Assembly: GCA_031763465.1 (NCBI GenBank)
Contig: JARFOE010000001.1
Location: forward strand, 12,402,721-12,440,077
From: Squatina squatina
Lineage: Eukaryota
Direction: 5' to 3'
Length of the DNA stretch: 37,357 nucleotides
The position numbers were made by a program, and so were the translations under genes. The notes below the pieces were generated by a model that did no database searches, was not told the DNA's origin, and was given only the letters and a program-made list of their open reading frames with translations. This document shows, piece after piece, positions 1-10,300 of this stretch. Every line of letters starts with the position of its first letter. Position 1 is the stretch's first letter.

Positions 1-114
1 CCATTTAGTGCCATTTCTTTGGGGACCCGAATTTAGCACCAAAAATCAGCATTAAGCACTTAACGCTGATTTAGCACTCATTTAGTGCCCAAAAAAACCT
101 GAATTGGGTGCCCC
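1..114. mobile_element. Terminus of a PIF/Harbinger-like non-autonomous DNA transposon inserted into the CR1 element
   Basis: Ends GAATTGGGTGCCCC followed by TTA (115-117). A related terminal motif occurs at 10011 (GGGGTGCCCAATTGG) and 16941-16953 (CAATTGGGTGCCC). Internal short repeats TTTAGCAC/TTTAGTGC. G-rich TIR starts and 3-bp TTA/TAA targets are typical of Harbinger. Confidence 0.55.
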
Positions 115-261
115 TTAACTTTTTTTGTGCTATGGCCCTATTTGCTTCTCGCCCTTGTTTTCCCTGCTTTCCACTTTTGCTTTCTACTTTTCTGTGTTTC
201 ATTTCTATCCTTGTTTCCCTCTTCTCTGTCTCCCTGCTCATGTTCCCATCCCCCTGCCATT

Positions 262-1213
262 CTAGTTTAAACCCTTCCCAACAGTACTGGCAAACACCCC
301 CGCGAGGATATCAGTACCGGTCCTATCTGGGTGTCACCTCTCCAGCTTGTACAGGTCCCACCTTCCCCAGAACTGGTCCCAATGCCTCAGGAATCTAAAT
401 TCCTCCCCCCTGCACCATCGCTCCAGCCATGCATTCATCTGATCTATCCTCCTATTTCTACTCTCGCTAGCATGTGACACTGGGAGTAATGCTGAGATTA
501 CTTTCTCTGAGGTCCTGCTTTTTAATTTATCTCCTAACTCCCTATATTCAGCTTGTAGGACCTCATCCCTTTTTTTTATCTATGTTGTTGGTACCAGTAT
601 GTACCACAACCACTGGCTGTTCACCCTCCCCCTCCAGAATGCCCTGCAGCCACTCTGTGACATCCTTCACCCTAGTACCAGGGAGGCAACATACCATCCT
701 GGAGCCACGCCTGCGGCTGCAGAAACACCAATCTGTTCTGCTTACGATAGAATCTCCTATCACTATAGCTCTCCCATTCTTTTTCCTGTGCTCCTGTGCA
801 GCTGAGCCACTCATGGTGCCATGGACTTGGCTCTTGCTGCAATCCCCTGAGAAGCTTTCTCCCCCAACAGTATCCAAAACGGAAGATCTGTTTGAGAGGG
901 AGATGGACCCAGGGGACTATTGTACTATTTGCCTAGTTCTTTTACTCTGCCTGGCGGTCACCTATTCCCTTTCTGCCTGTGCAGTCTTAACCTGCGGTGT
1001 GACCATATCACTAAACATGCTATCCATGCTGATCTCAGCCTCGCAGATGCTCCACACTGTCCCCAGCCGCTGCTCCAGATCCGAAACGTGGATTTTGAGT
1101 AGCTGTAGCTGGAGACACTTCCTGCTCATTTGTTCGCCCTGGACACTGGAAGTGTCCTTGACTTCCCACATTGCACAGGAGGAGCATTCCATGGAGCCGA
1201 ACTGTCCTGCCAT
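262..1213 (-). pseudogene. CR1 ORF1p (N-terminal Cys-rich/coiled-coil region + SGNH/GDSL esterase domain), inactivated
   Basis: MAGQFGSMECSSCAMWEV...CLQLQLLKIHVSDLEQRL; RAIVIGDSIV (GDS block); VCCLPGTRVKDV; VVVHTGTNNI (GxN block); ...MNAWLERWCRGEEFRFLRHWDQFWGRWDLYK...GKGLN* (TAG 262-264). In-frame TAGs at 962-964 and about 917-919, frameshift at the T8 run 570-577, and the catalytic DxxH motif reads E-R-stop-H (TGA 334-336). Confidence 0.9.
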
Positions 1214-1310
1214 GACTTACCTTTAAGTTACTCCCTTTACTTCCTTTAAATTAAATATTAATTACGCTAGGGGNNNNNNNNNNTCTATACACGACTTACT
1301 ACAAACTATG

Positions 1311-1432
1311 GACCTTACCTTTATTTTTACTTTGTATACTGAACTGCAGAAATAGTAGAAATACTCACCTGATCCTACTTATCAATCAGCTGCTTCCCCT
1401 GCGTCGCGTCAGTTTCTGAATCGTGACGTCAC
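1311..1432 (-). promoter_or_regulatory. Candidate internal promoter/splice signals of the CR1 5' UTR
   Basis: Perfect CRE palindrome GTGACGTCAC (1423-1432), E-box CAGCTG (1387-1392), minus-strand donor-like CAG|GTGAGT (about 1363-1371) and AG|GTAAGG (about 1313-1320). Function is inferred. Confidence 0.4.
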
Positions 1433-2428
1433 TTTGGTGAGTGTCTGTCAGGTCGTGCGCTCCTCGCTCCTTTACCTCCCGCCTCTTGCTCAGCCACCCT
1501 TCACACACAGGTCCGCTGCCTCTGGTCATTGCTCCCGGACTCTGAAAATGGTCACTGAGGTGATGGCTGCTTAAAAGCTTCACTGAATGTAGTGACCTTA
1601 TAAATCATATATAAAAAATCAGCTGTTCAATGCTTATACTATTCTGTAAACTACAGATTTCAGAATGTGTGTAACACTGTCAAAGAGATCTCCTCATGAG
1701 AGCAAATGATTGCACTCCATGTTTTGGAAAACAGCAGTAAACGTGCCCATTCTTCCACTCAGATTTTTGTGATTTGTTCAGACATTTTCTGCATTTTTCT
1801 TAAGACATAGCCTCTGAAGTATATTGCTGCTGATTTACTAATATGGTACCAGGGTTTAAATGACTTGTGAACATGGCTAGCTTAATAATTCCAAAGAAAA
1901 TGTGCTTCCTATAGCAAGTGGCTTTGAGAAAATTAAGACATATATTACTAAAGTCTGATGTGACCAAAAGATTCTTGCTAGATTATGCACACTCACTGCA
2001 ATCTCTTTGCAGAAAGGGGAATCAAGGATTTGAAATGTAGAATATAGTTTTGCTGCTCAAAACATATATGTGAGAAACATTTAATGAATATATATGATCT
2101 AATTTTAATACAAAACACTGAAAGGGCTTTTTCTCTAGACCCATTCTGCTCCATTTTCTGCAGATCAGAACAACAGGAAAAAGGTGACCACCACACAATG
2201 GTGAAAGATACTGACACCACTGGTGAGATGGAGGGAAACAGAAAGTCAAATGGAGAAAAGTAGATAAAAGCTGATTAGAAGATCACAACTTGTTCGGTGT
2301 CACTTGTATGCTGTTAATCTACAATGGTCTGTACCTAAGGACTATAGAGGGGACAAGTTACATAACACCATAAAATGAACTCAACCAAATCCTCAAATGG
2401 CTCACCCTAAATTTACATATAAATCTAT

Positions 2429-2542
2429 GGGAGCAATTTTCATCTTCACCGCGTAAGTCTTAATCTGGGGGAATGGATCGCCCACCCACAGTAGAACCTG
2501 CTTGATTTTCATCACCTCGGTGGTGAAGGTGAACATTATCCT
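2429..2542. mobile_element. Short hairpin MITE (Harbinger-like), internally deleted
   Basis: GGGAGCAATTTTCATCTTCACC ... GGTGAAGGTGAACATTATCC imperfect inverted ends; interior resembles the copies at 13594 and 34809. Confidence 0.55.
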
Positions 2543-3089
2543 TAAGTATCTACTTACATGATGTCCCTGCATTAAATAATCTTAAATATCTGAGTCAGCT
2601 CCCTGCTAAGGCTCCATCTCTCCAGTAAGTACAAACCCAAGGCACCAAGTCTATCTTCATAGCTTAATGACCTCTGTCCAGGAATCATCCTTTTTGTCCT
2701 TTTCCCTACTTTTTCCAAAACTAGTCTCCCTTCTAAGGTGGATCAACTAAATCCAGACACATTACTCCCAATGAGATTATATCAAATAGAATCCTATTAT
2801 TGTGGTTCTCGTTTAGTAATGATTCATGTAGGGAATACGTTTCAGGACTCTGGAAGTTTAAAATATCAATGTGGCTGGCAAGTTGCAAGCTGCACAGCCT
2901 ATTTAAGCCCTTCCACTATGCTGAAGACAGATGTCATTTTTATAGCTGATGAGAAAACTGAGTCGTGTTCCGCTCTGTGCTGCTTGTTGCCTGAGTGACT
3001 GAGTCTCAATTCTGGTCCTGTCTCTTTTCATCTACCTGCCTGCTCTGCCTCACTGTAAATAGGCAAATGTGGTACAGTAAAGTCTCACA

Positions 3090-3270
3090 TTGGCAAATTA
3101 GATGAATGACCAGTTATCTGTTTTAGGCGGTGTTGATTGAGGGATGAATGTTGACTCGGACATCAGGAGAACTCCCTACTCTTCTTCAAATAGTGCCGTG
3201 AAATCATGTCCATCTGAACAGCCTGGTAGGCTTTGGTTTAATGTCTCATCTGGAAGACTGAAAGAGGTAA
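3090..3270 (-). mobile_element. Deu-domain SINE fragment (SacSINE1/AmnSINE1-like)
   Basis: Reverse complement aligns by eye with the central part of the SINEs at 15719 and 36754 (TTCCAGATGAGACATTAAACC...GGCACTATTTGAAGAAGAG...CATCCCTCAATCAACACC). Confidence 0.8.
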
Positions 3271-3377
3271 ACCACAGNNNNNNNNNNNNNNNNNNNNNNN
3301 NNNNNNNNNNNNNNNNNNNNNNNNNNNNNNNNNNNNNNNNNNNNNNNNNNNNNNNNNNNNNNNNNNNNNNNNNNNNN

Positions 3378-3610
3378 TCTGTTAGGAGAAACATGCAGCT
3401 CCAGCTCTCTGAAGATTGGCACTCAGCAAGGTTGCCGACTTCCTTTGGTGCTGCCATTGTCCCTTTATGCAGAGCCACTTTTAATACCCTGCCTTTGCAC
3501 CAGGTCTCTGCTTGCCTTCAGGTAGTTTCCAGCCCCCTCCTTCATTCTGCCCCAAATAGGCTCCAAGGGAACCTCGCCGCCTGGGCCAGAACCCTGTCAA
3601 AAATGAATCC
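3378..3610. mobile_element. Possible degraded Harbinger-like element end
   Basis: GC-richer block next to a gap, ending GTCAAAAATGAATCC, whose reverse complement resembles the GG(N)AATTTT termini of other elements here. Weak. Confidence 0.3.
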
Positions 3611-4669
3611 AATGCCAAGTAAGACCCCAATAAAATCAAAATAATACAGGTTATAATAAATGACATCCAGAAATCATTTCAATTGAATATTTTAATTTCA
3701 TAATGAGTTGGGGAAAAGCATGTTTGAAAGCATTCAAGCTTCAAGTTCTGTGTATTATCTGAACTCCTGGATTAAATTAATACCTTGAAACCACTGTGAG
3801 ATATTTGCATTCACTGCATAATTAACAAAGTTGATAAATTTTCAAATAATGTAACTTATTTAGTTTTAGAAGCTGAAACTTATACTAGTAAAGATGAAAC
3901 TGACATCTTTGATAGTCTATTTTTAAATGAACTTAATTTGCATGTTTCACCTAAGTCTAATTAGCATATGTCATTGATATGTTATTCCTAACAGCATAAT
4001 GGGTTTCATAAAAATACAAATTTGCAAATGTAAATTATATCTAATTAGCACATTTCATTAACATTATCCCTTATGGCATATAATTACATTCCAAACTGTA
4101 TGTTTTTGAGTTCCTAATGGGGATATATGCAAAAAACTTATGCTAAAGATGACAAAAACAGAACTAATTTACCCATTACTCATACACTTTAAACTGTTGC
4201 ACAGGAAACATAAAGATGATATCGATGTAAAGGACTGATAGGTAAAGCAGCATGAAGAACAACCTGCTAGTTAGAATGTCCTTGACCTAAAAAGCATATC
4301 TTTCATGAGGATGCAACAAATGCACTGATTCACAAAATGATCACCAGCGTTTGATTTGGACAATTAGGATTCCACACACTGTGGAGTTTCTCATTGTTCT
4401 CAGCCACTAAATGTTTCATAGATCATAATAATGTTTGAATTTAAACAAAAAGTGTCAAGTTTTACCCTCAAACAAAATAATAATCAGTAAACCAAGTTTT
4501 TAAAGACAATTTTAGAAAGAAACCTTACAGCCCAAACTTTCAATTTGGCAGCTGAAATCATAAACAAGGCAAAGCATGTTATATTTAATATCAATAGTAT
4601 TAATATAATAAATCAAGGTAACAAGTCAACAAACCATATCATTTGGCACTTTAACATGCGTTGTACAAT

Positions 4670-4789
4670 ACGGAAGAGGACACAAAAACTCCCAGAAATG
4701 CTAGGGATTCAAGAGTCTAGTGAGAAGGAGGAACTGAAGGAAATTAGTATTAGAAAAAAAAAGTGCTGGAGAAATTAATGGGACTGAAG
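4670..4789 (+). mobile_element. CR1 ORF2 fragment (region just upstream of the RT domain)
   Basis: EEDTK../PEMLGIQESSEKEELKEISIRKK/VLEKLMGLK with frameshifts, matching the typical CR1 ORF2 segment before the PGPD motif. Confidence 0.75.
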
Positions 4790-6869
4790 ATCTACATCCC
4801 AGAACTTCCTTTTAACTCCTCTTTAATGTTCCTACCCTGTGACTGCAGCAGGGCNNNNNNNNNNNNNNNNNNNNNNNNNNNNNNNNNNNNNNNNNNNNNN
4901 NNNNNNNNNNNNNNNNNNNNNNNNNNNNNNNNNNNNNNNNNNNNNNNNNNNNNNAGACAAATCATATTGAAATCATGACAAAAATGACACATTGCGCTCT
5001 TGGCCTCCAAAACAAATAATTTGTTTGCCAAAATACTGCTTGATTATTACAGTTTTTTAAGTGAAGCCCAGATATGATCTATTTCATTGCGCACTTGATT
5101 CAATCTTACTGGCCACGCAAATGGCTATCTTAATAAGTTCATCTTAAAATGGAACTAATTTTATTGGAATTGATTAAAAGTAGGCTCCATCCTATCCACA
5201 TTTAACATTACATGATGAAATTAATGGAATTAATACATTCAATACCATGCAGCTACTGAGTATCTTTGAATTTAAAGTGACTTAATATGCCTGAGTAAAT
5301 CAGTTCATTGAGATTATATGCACTGCCACTTGCTTCTGTTTATTGACAGAAAAATATCTATTAGGCAACATAGAAGCAGATGCTCTGGTAAGATGCACAC
5401 AAATGCTCTCTTGAAACAAGTGTATTTTCAGTTTATCATGCTGTCCTACAATTTTCAATTGGAATAAAACATCAGATGGAATTTCAAACACATTTACCAT
5501 TTTTCATGTTGCTGTCAAAGCCACTTTGGTTTTCCTAACAGCCTGTGTCAGGAAGTGTCAGCACGTGCTTGTTAAGTTCTTGTTTAACCTATTACTGCAG
5601 AATTTGAGGTCAAGCTGAGTCAATCCCTAATGCTNNNNNNNNNNNNNNNNNNNNNNNNNNNNNNNNNNNNNNNNNNNNNNNNNNNNNNNNNNNNNNNNNN
5701 NNNNNNNNNNNNNNNNNNNNNNNNNNNNNNNNNNCCTAATGCTGTGCTTTGCACTAGTAATTACATGGAGCTAAACCAACCTACTCATTAAATTCAAGAT
5801 GAAAATAAAGTGTTCATTAGAGCTACCTACTTTAATGCTACATTGAACAATTTCTGCTAACAGATTCATTCAAACAATTTACACAGCCCTGCCACGGATG
5901 TGCCCTAATATACTTATGAGCAGTAAGCAACATAATTTATGCACTGGCATATAGCAATAATTAGTGGTTTTGTCACTTAATTTATAATCAACTTCTGGAA
6001 GAATAAGTACTACAATATGGTTTGTGAGTGATTAACCATACTCCAGATACAGCAGTTTTCAAATGGAAACATTATTTTGCTCCATTCTACTTTAAAATAA
6101 ACAATGGAACAGAAGTTGTATGAGACAAAGTTCTGTAATTCTAAAGCACATTAGCAGCATATGCTTAACAAAACGGTACAGTGCATCTAAAATACTGACA
6201 ATTGTGGAACACCTGCGCACTTGTATAATTATAGGTGTACAATTAATTTGAACCATACAAAAAATCTTTCTTTGTTACATGAGACAGCTGGGTTTGATCC
6301 ATACGTACAGACCACCATCACACAGGGGAGTTTTCACAGAAGCAATCTGTTCTGTGAATTAAGCTCAAATGTGGGCATGTTGACTACTGGGGAAAAGCTT
6401 GTATTACAGTTTGGATGCTTTCCCAACTTTCTCTCTTTGTGTTCACAGCTTCCACAAGCAGACCCACATCTCCATGATCCTAAACTTACACCCTTAAGGA
6501 TGCAGTGAATGGGATTAATGTGCCACTGGACTAACAATCACCCTTTTATCATGATTATTTTACACCAGAAGTTGGACAGGCTTCTCACCGTGAACTTCTG
6601 TTAACTCTGAAAAGCAGAAAATTCCAATTTGCCCGAATGCATGGTTCAGACTAAAGCCAAGAATGTGCATTTACTTACATGATTTATAAATCCCAGAAGC
6701 AAAAGAAACACAGCAAATAATCAGTAAAACAATGCAAGACATACCAAGTATATAAACAGGGGTTAAAAACAGTAACATGTCTAAAGTCTTGGTCATTTCC
6801 AGATTGTTTTTGTACTTATTAAAGTGAGGAGGGATGTTAGCGCTGGGAAATGAAACTCTTCCCATTTCA

Positions 6870-7190
6870 GGCACACAGTGTCAACATCAAGCACTTCCAG
6901 ATCAGTCATAGAGCACAGCTGGATGCAGACTGAAGCTCCCTCTATTCTAAACTAACAGCATGCTTCAGCCCCAACCTGAAGAGCCTCTGTATTGCAACAG
7001 TAGGGCATTTTTGCCATTTCCAACACCAGCCATCCTTTGGTGTCTGAGTAGGATTGACAATTAGTGCAGAATTAGGGACAGTTTTATGCTGTCAGATTGA
7101 AACTGCCCAAATTCATTTCATGTAGGACCACTAGAGCCAACACACAGAAGAGACATTCCATTAGTTTGAGCTGGATTTGAGCTTGGCCAA
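6870..7190 (-). mobile_element. Old, degraded tRNA-derived SINE-like repeat
   Basis: Contains GGATGCAGACTGAAGCTCCCTCTA and CCATTTCCAACACCAGCCATCC...GATTGACAATTAGTGC, which I recall from dispersed chondrichthyan repeats, and a box-B-like reverse complement near 7170 (GGATTTGAGC). Family not assigned. Confidence 0.4.
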
Positions 7191-7192
7191 CA

Positions 7193-7725
7193 TCTAATCC
7201 TGGACACTGGAGAGGTACCAGCAGATTGGAAACACCCTAATGTGGTGCCCATACTCAAAAAAAGGATGACACAGGCAACTACAAACCCATTAGTTTTATT
7301 TCAGTTACATGTAAAATAATGGAATTGATTGCCAGGGATAACCTTGAGGATAATCTGTACAGCAATAACCTAGTTAACAGCAGTCATCACAGATTCAGAA
7401 AGGGAAGATCCTATCTGACAAATCTCCTCGATTTCCATGAGGAAGCAACAATCCAAGTAGGTTGTGACGTGATGTACCGTGACTTCCAAAATGCTTTTGA
7501 TAAGGTTCCACACAAAAGTCTATTAATCAAACTCAAAACTGATTCAGGGTAAACCCGGGGAATGGATAAGAAACTGGCTGAAGGGTAGAAAAAATGAGTA
7601 TTCTTTAGGGGAGTCATGTTGGAGTGCGGTGGGGTGAGCGGGAGAGGAGAGAAAGGGTACTGAATAGAGTGTTTCAGGGCTCAGTACGAAGAGCACAACC
7701 GTTCCTAATTCACACAAAAGACCTG
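7193..7725 (+). mobile_element. CR1 ORF2 reverse-transcriptase fragment, degenerate
   Basis: LDTGEVPADWKHPNVVPILKK / GNYKPISFISVTCKIMELI / HRFRKGRSYLTNLLDF / DVMYRDFQNAFDKVPH / WIRNWLKGRK / VFQGSV...FLIHTKDL. Runs into a gap. Confidence 0.92.
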
Positions 7726-7825
7726 NNNNNNNNNNNNNNNNNNNNNNNNNNNNNNNNNNNNNNNNNNNNNNNNNNNNNNNNNNNNNNNNNNNNNNNNNNN
7801 NNNNNNNNNNNNNNNNNNNNNNNNN

Positions 7826-8350
7826 CAGAGCAGCTACATATGTGAAGACTGTATTTCATCAAAGATGCAATTGGCCACTTCCATGAGATGCTCTATGAAG
7901 ACCTGAAGCCGCAGTTTACCTCTCTCTGGGCCTTGTCAGTGGCTATGAATTTCTGCAGCTCTGGTTCCTTCCAGTCAGGCGCTGGAGATCTCTATAACAT
8001 CAGCCAAGGAGCTGTGCAGACCTGCACTGAACAGGTGACAGATGCTGTCTTCCGCAGAGCATCAAACTTCATTATAACAGCAAAAAGACAGGTCCATCAA
8101 TTTACACAAGATTACTGGCTTCCCCTGTGTGCAGGGGGCTATTGATGGGACTCATATGTAGCTGAAAACTTCACTCGAGGAACCCATCACGTTGATGAAC
8201 AGGAAGAGTTATCACTTGTTAATTGAGTTAATTGTCCATGATGCCCAACTGAGGATCCTACATATTAACTCAGAGCATCTGGAAAACTCTCACGGTGCTT
8301 TGCCCTTCATCACTCCTCCACACATGTCTTGTTCAGCAGGGAGGGACAAG
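7826..8350 (+). pseudogene. PIF/Harbinger DDE transposase fragment (HARBI1-related family)
   Basis: MNFCSSGSFQSGAGDLYNISQGAVQTCTEQVTDAVFRRASNFI; after a frameshift GFPCVQGAIDGTH (first catalytic D at 8144-8146); MNRKSYH...VHDAQLRILHINSEHLENSHG. Stops and frameshifts present. Confidence 0.88.
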
Positions 8351-9320
8351 GGCCCTGATATTAATCTGAAGGTGTGCGGTGGTGTGAAATTGCTCGGGGG
8401 AAACCCGGAAGTCAATCGAATGGTTTCGAATCTGCAATCTCAACTCAAGTGTACCAATTAATTTTGATTTCCAGGTTTGACGTCTCCAAGCTGCACAGCG
8501 GGCATGATCTCAGCTCTATTTAAAGGAATGGTCCACAAATGGTAATTGGAGGTGTTCAGGATGGATGCTGGACATACAGCAAGGGCAGCACCCAGATTCA
8601 ATGGCGCCTTGCCGTCATTACTGCTGGGTGCAGTCAGGAGATGGAGGAGGGACATATTTTTCCCCAGCAATGGGAGTGAGAAACCTGCTGCTCTCACCAA
8701 GAAGGCGTGGTTGGAGGTAACTGAAGAGGTGAGCAGCAGGAGTGTTGTACCCAGGTCATGGATACAATGCAGGATCTGATTTAATGACCTAACCATGCCA
8801 GGAAAAGTGAGTACATTTGATGATTCAACTACATCCTGTCTTTTAACCCCGCTCCCTTTCACTCTGTCTTGCCAAGCGTACTCCGTCACATCAATCCTCA
8901 CACCCACTCAACTTTCAGCAGCACCCAACCTTCACTTTCTCTGCACTTTATCACCTCCCCATTTATCCAGCCACCATTGACATTCACCTCAATCCTTATG
9001 CAATGTGATGCTTCTGTCCAATAGTCACCCTCACCAAATGCACTCCATCCATCGGGTGAATGCCTCATCTACACTCACTCACAGGTCTGTATTCTCACTC
9101 CTTGTAGGAGAAGAAAGCACAACATGCAAGGTAGAGTGACAGGACTGGAGGTGGGCTGCCACAAATAGTCCCGTTCATTGATGCTGAGGAAGAGGCCCTG
9201 GAGATAAGTGACACATATGCATCCCACTCAGTTGGAGAAGGTGATTCAGGGAGCTCACAGATAGCTGGTGACAGAATTTGCTCTCAGCTGTTTGGGCCGT
9301 AGATGTTCTTGACTGCGCTG
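8351..9320 (+). mobile_element. Harbinger element end carrying the Myb/SANT-like gene, nested in the transposase above
   Basis: Starts GGCCCTGATATT, similar to the GGCCCTGAAATTG termini at 20661/21381, exactly where transposase homology stops; followed by the Myb-like gene; ends in a gap. Confidence 0.75.
8561..9267 (+). pseudogene. Harbinger Myb/SANT-like DNA-binding protein (NAIF1/MSANTD-related), two exons: 8561-8806 and 9108-9267
   Basis: Exon 1: MDAGHTARAAPRF...GAVRRWRRDIFFP...TKKAWLEVTEEVSSRSVVPRSWIQCRI*FNDLTMPGK. Phase-0 intron GTGAGT (8807) ... CTCCTTGTAG (9107). Exon 2: EKKAQHAR*SDRTGGGLPQIVPFIDAEEEALEI, with the characteristic TGGG motif. Possible next donor GTGACA at 9268. Two in-frame stops. 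Confidence 0.85.
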
Positions 9321-10010
9321 NNNNNNNNNNNNNNNNNNNNNNNNNNNNNNNNNNNNNNNNNNNNNNNNNNNNNNNNNNNNNNNNNNNNNNNNNNNNNNNN
9401 NNNNNNNNNNNNNNNNNNNNAATGCAAATTAGATGGCTTCATGTCTTGCACTACTTAACAGGATTTCAAACCTCTTAGATAGTGGTATTAAACACTCATC
9501 ATTGAACTGTGGCCAAATCTCTCATCACTAATCATGAACAACCTTTTGGTAATCCCTAATTATCACAGGTGTCAAAAAAAATGAGAAAATGTCAATATTA
9601 ATAAGTAGTTAACTTGCATCCTCTCTGTTTGCAAAGCTGCAGTAAAATAAGTCTGGTCATTCTCTTTGCCTTTGTAATTACTTTATCCTTAGAGACAAAT
9701 ATAATGCTATCTTTTATGACTACCTCTAAAATACACTGTAACATTTAAATTTGTTTATAAGAAACTGTATTAAAATTTTCAAGCAAAGGGAACACAATAA
9801 AAATAGATTATACAGATTCTCCATCTGAAACTGAACAGATCAGTACCAATGTTTTATGTTTATTAACTCCACTTATGATAATAGTGTAACTCTGAATACT
9901 TCTGTGCAAGTAATAAAGTAACTTATGTGCTATGCTGAAAAGTATCGCTTGTGGCTCACGCATTATAGATATTTAGATTATCCTTTTTGAAGCTAAGTCC
10001 TTTGATACAA

Positions 10011-10300
10011 GGGGTGCCCAATTGGCCTTTTTATAGTCTGTGACTATATCGGGCCAATAGGTGTAAATTTAGCACCTGTTTTAGACAATTATCTTAAGAC
10101 ACAGAATTAGACGCTTAGAAAAATTTTTGGCATCACAACATAAAACCTATGTTCCAAGCTAGTGCTAATGGGATTATTGACACTTAGATTTTTTCAGCTC
10201 CCCAATTGTTGGTCCGATGTAAGGAGGTGCTATCAGATGTCAGGCCACATCAGCCCTTAAAGAGGATCGTTCTGCTGACGAACGATCGTTCGTTGTCGAC
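10011..10300. mobile_element. End of a Harbinger-like non-autonomous element (related to 1-114)
   Basis: Starts GGGGTGCCCAATTGG; contains AAATTTAGCACC as in 1-114; runs into a gap. Confidence 0.5.

Larger units (their letters stand above)
115..1560 (-). mobile_element. CR1-clade LINE, 5' part (5' UTR + ORF1 + inter-ORF region), degenerate
   Basis: Minus-strand ORF1 homology (next feature), GC/CpG-rich 5' UTR at about 1380-1560, purine-rich spacer after the ORF1 stop. Interrupted at 114 before ORF2. 5' boundary approximate. Confidence 0.85.

Noticed and set aside
474-1226. 250-aa plus-strand ORF as a host gene
   Set aside because: It is the antisense of CR1 ORF1, starts at GTG and has no recognisable domain.
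7826-8350. Domesticated HARBI1 gene (also considered for 32886-33524)
   Set aside because: Stops, frameshifts and transposon context indicate decayed mobile copies.
8458-8907. 149-aa minus-strand ORF
   Set aside because: Antisense to the Myb/SANT exon and its intron; no independent support.
10275-10300. CTGACGA followed by the 16-bp palindrome ACGAACGATCGTTCGT as a second hammerhead
   Set aside because: No GAAA box after the stem in the visible sequence; it lies in a MITE next to a gap.
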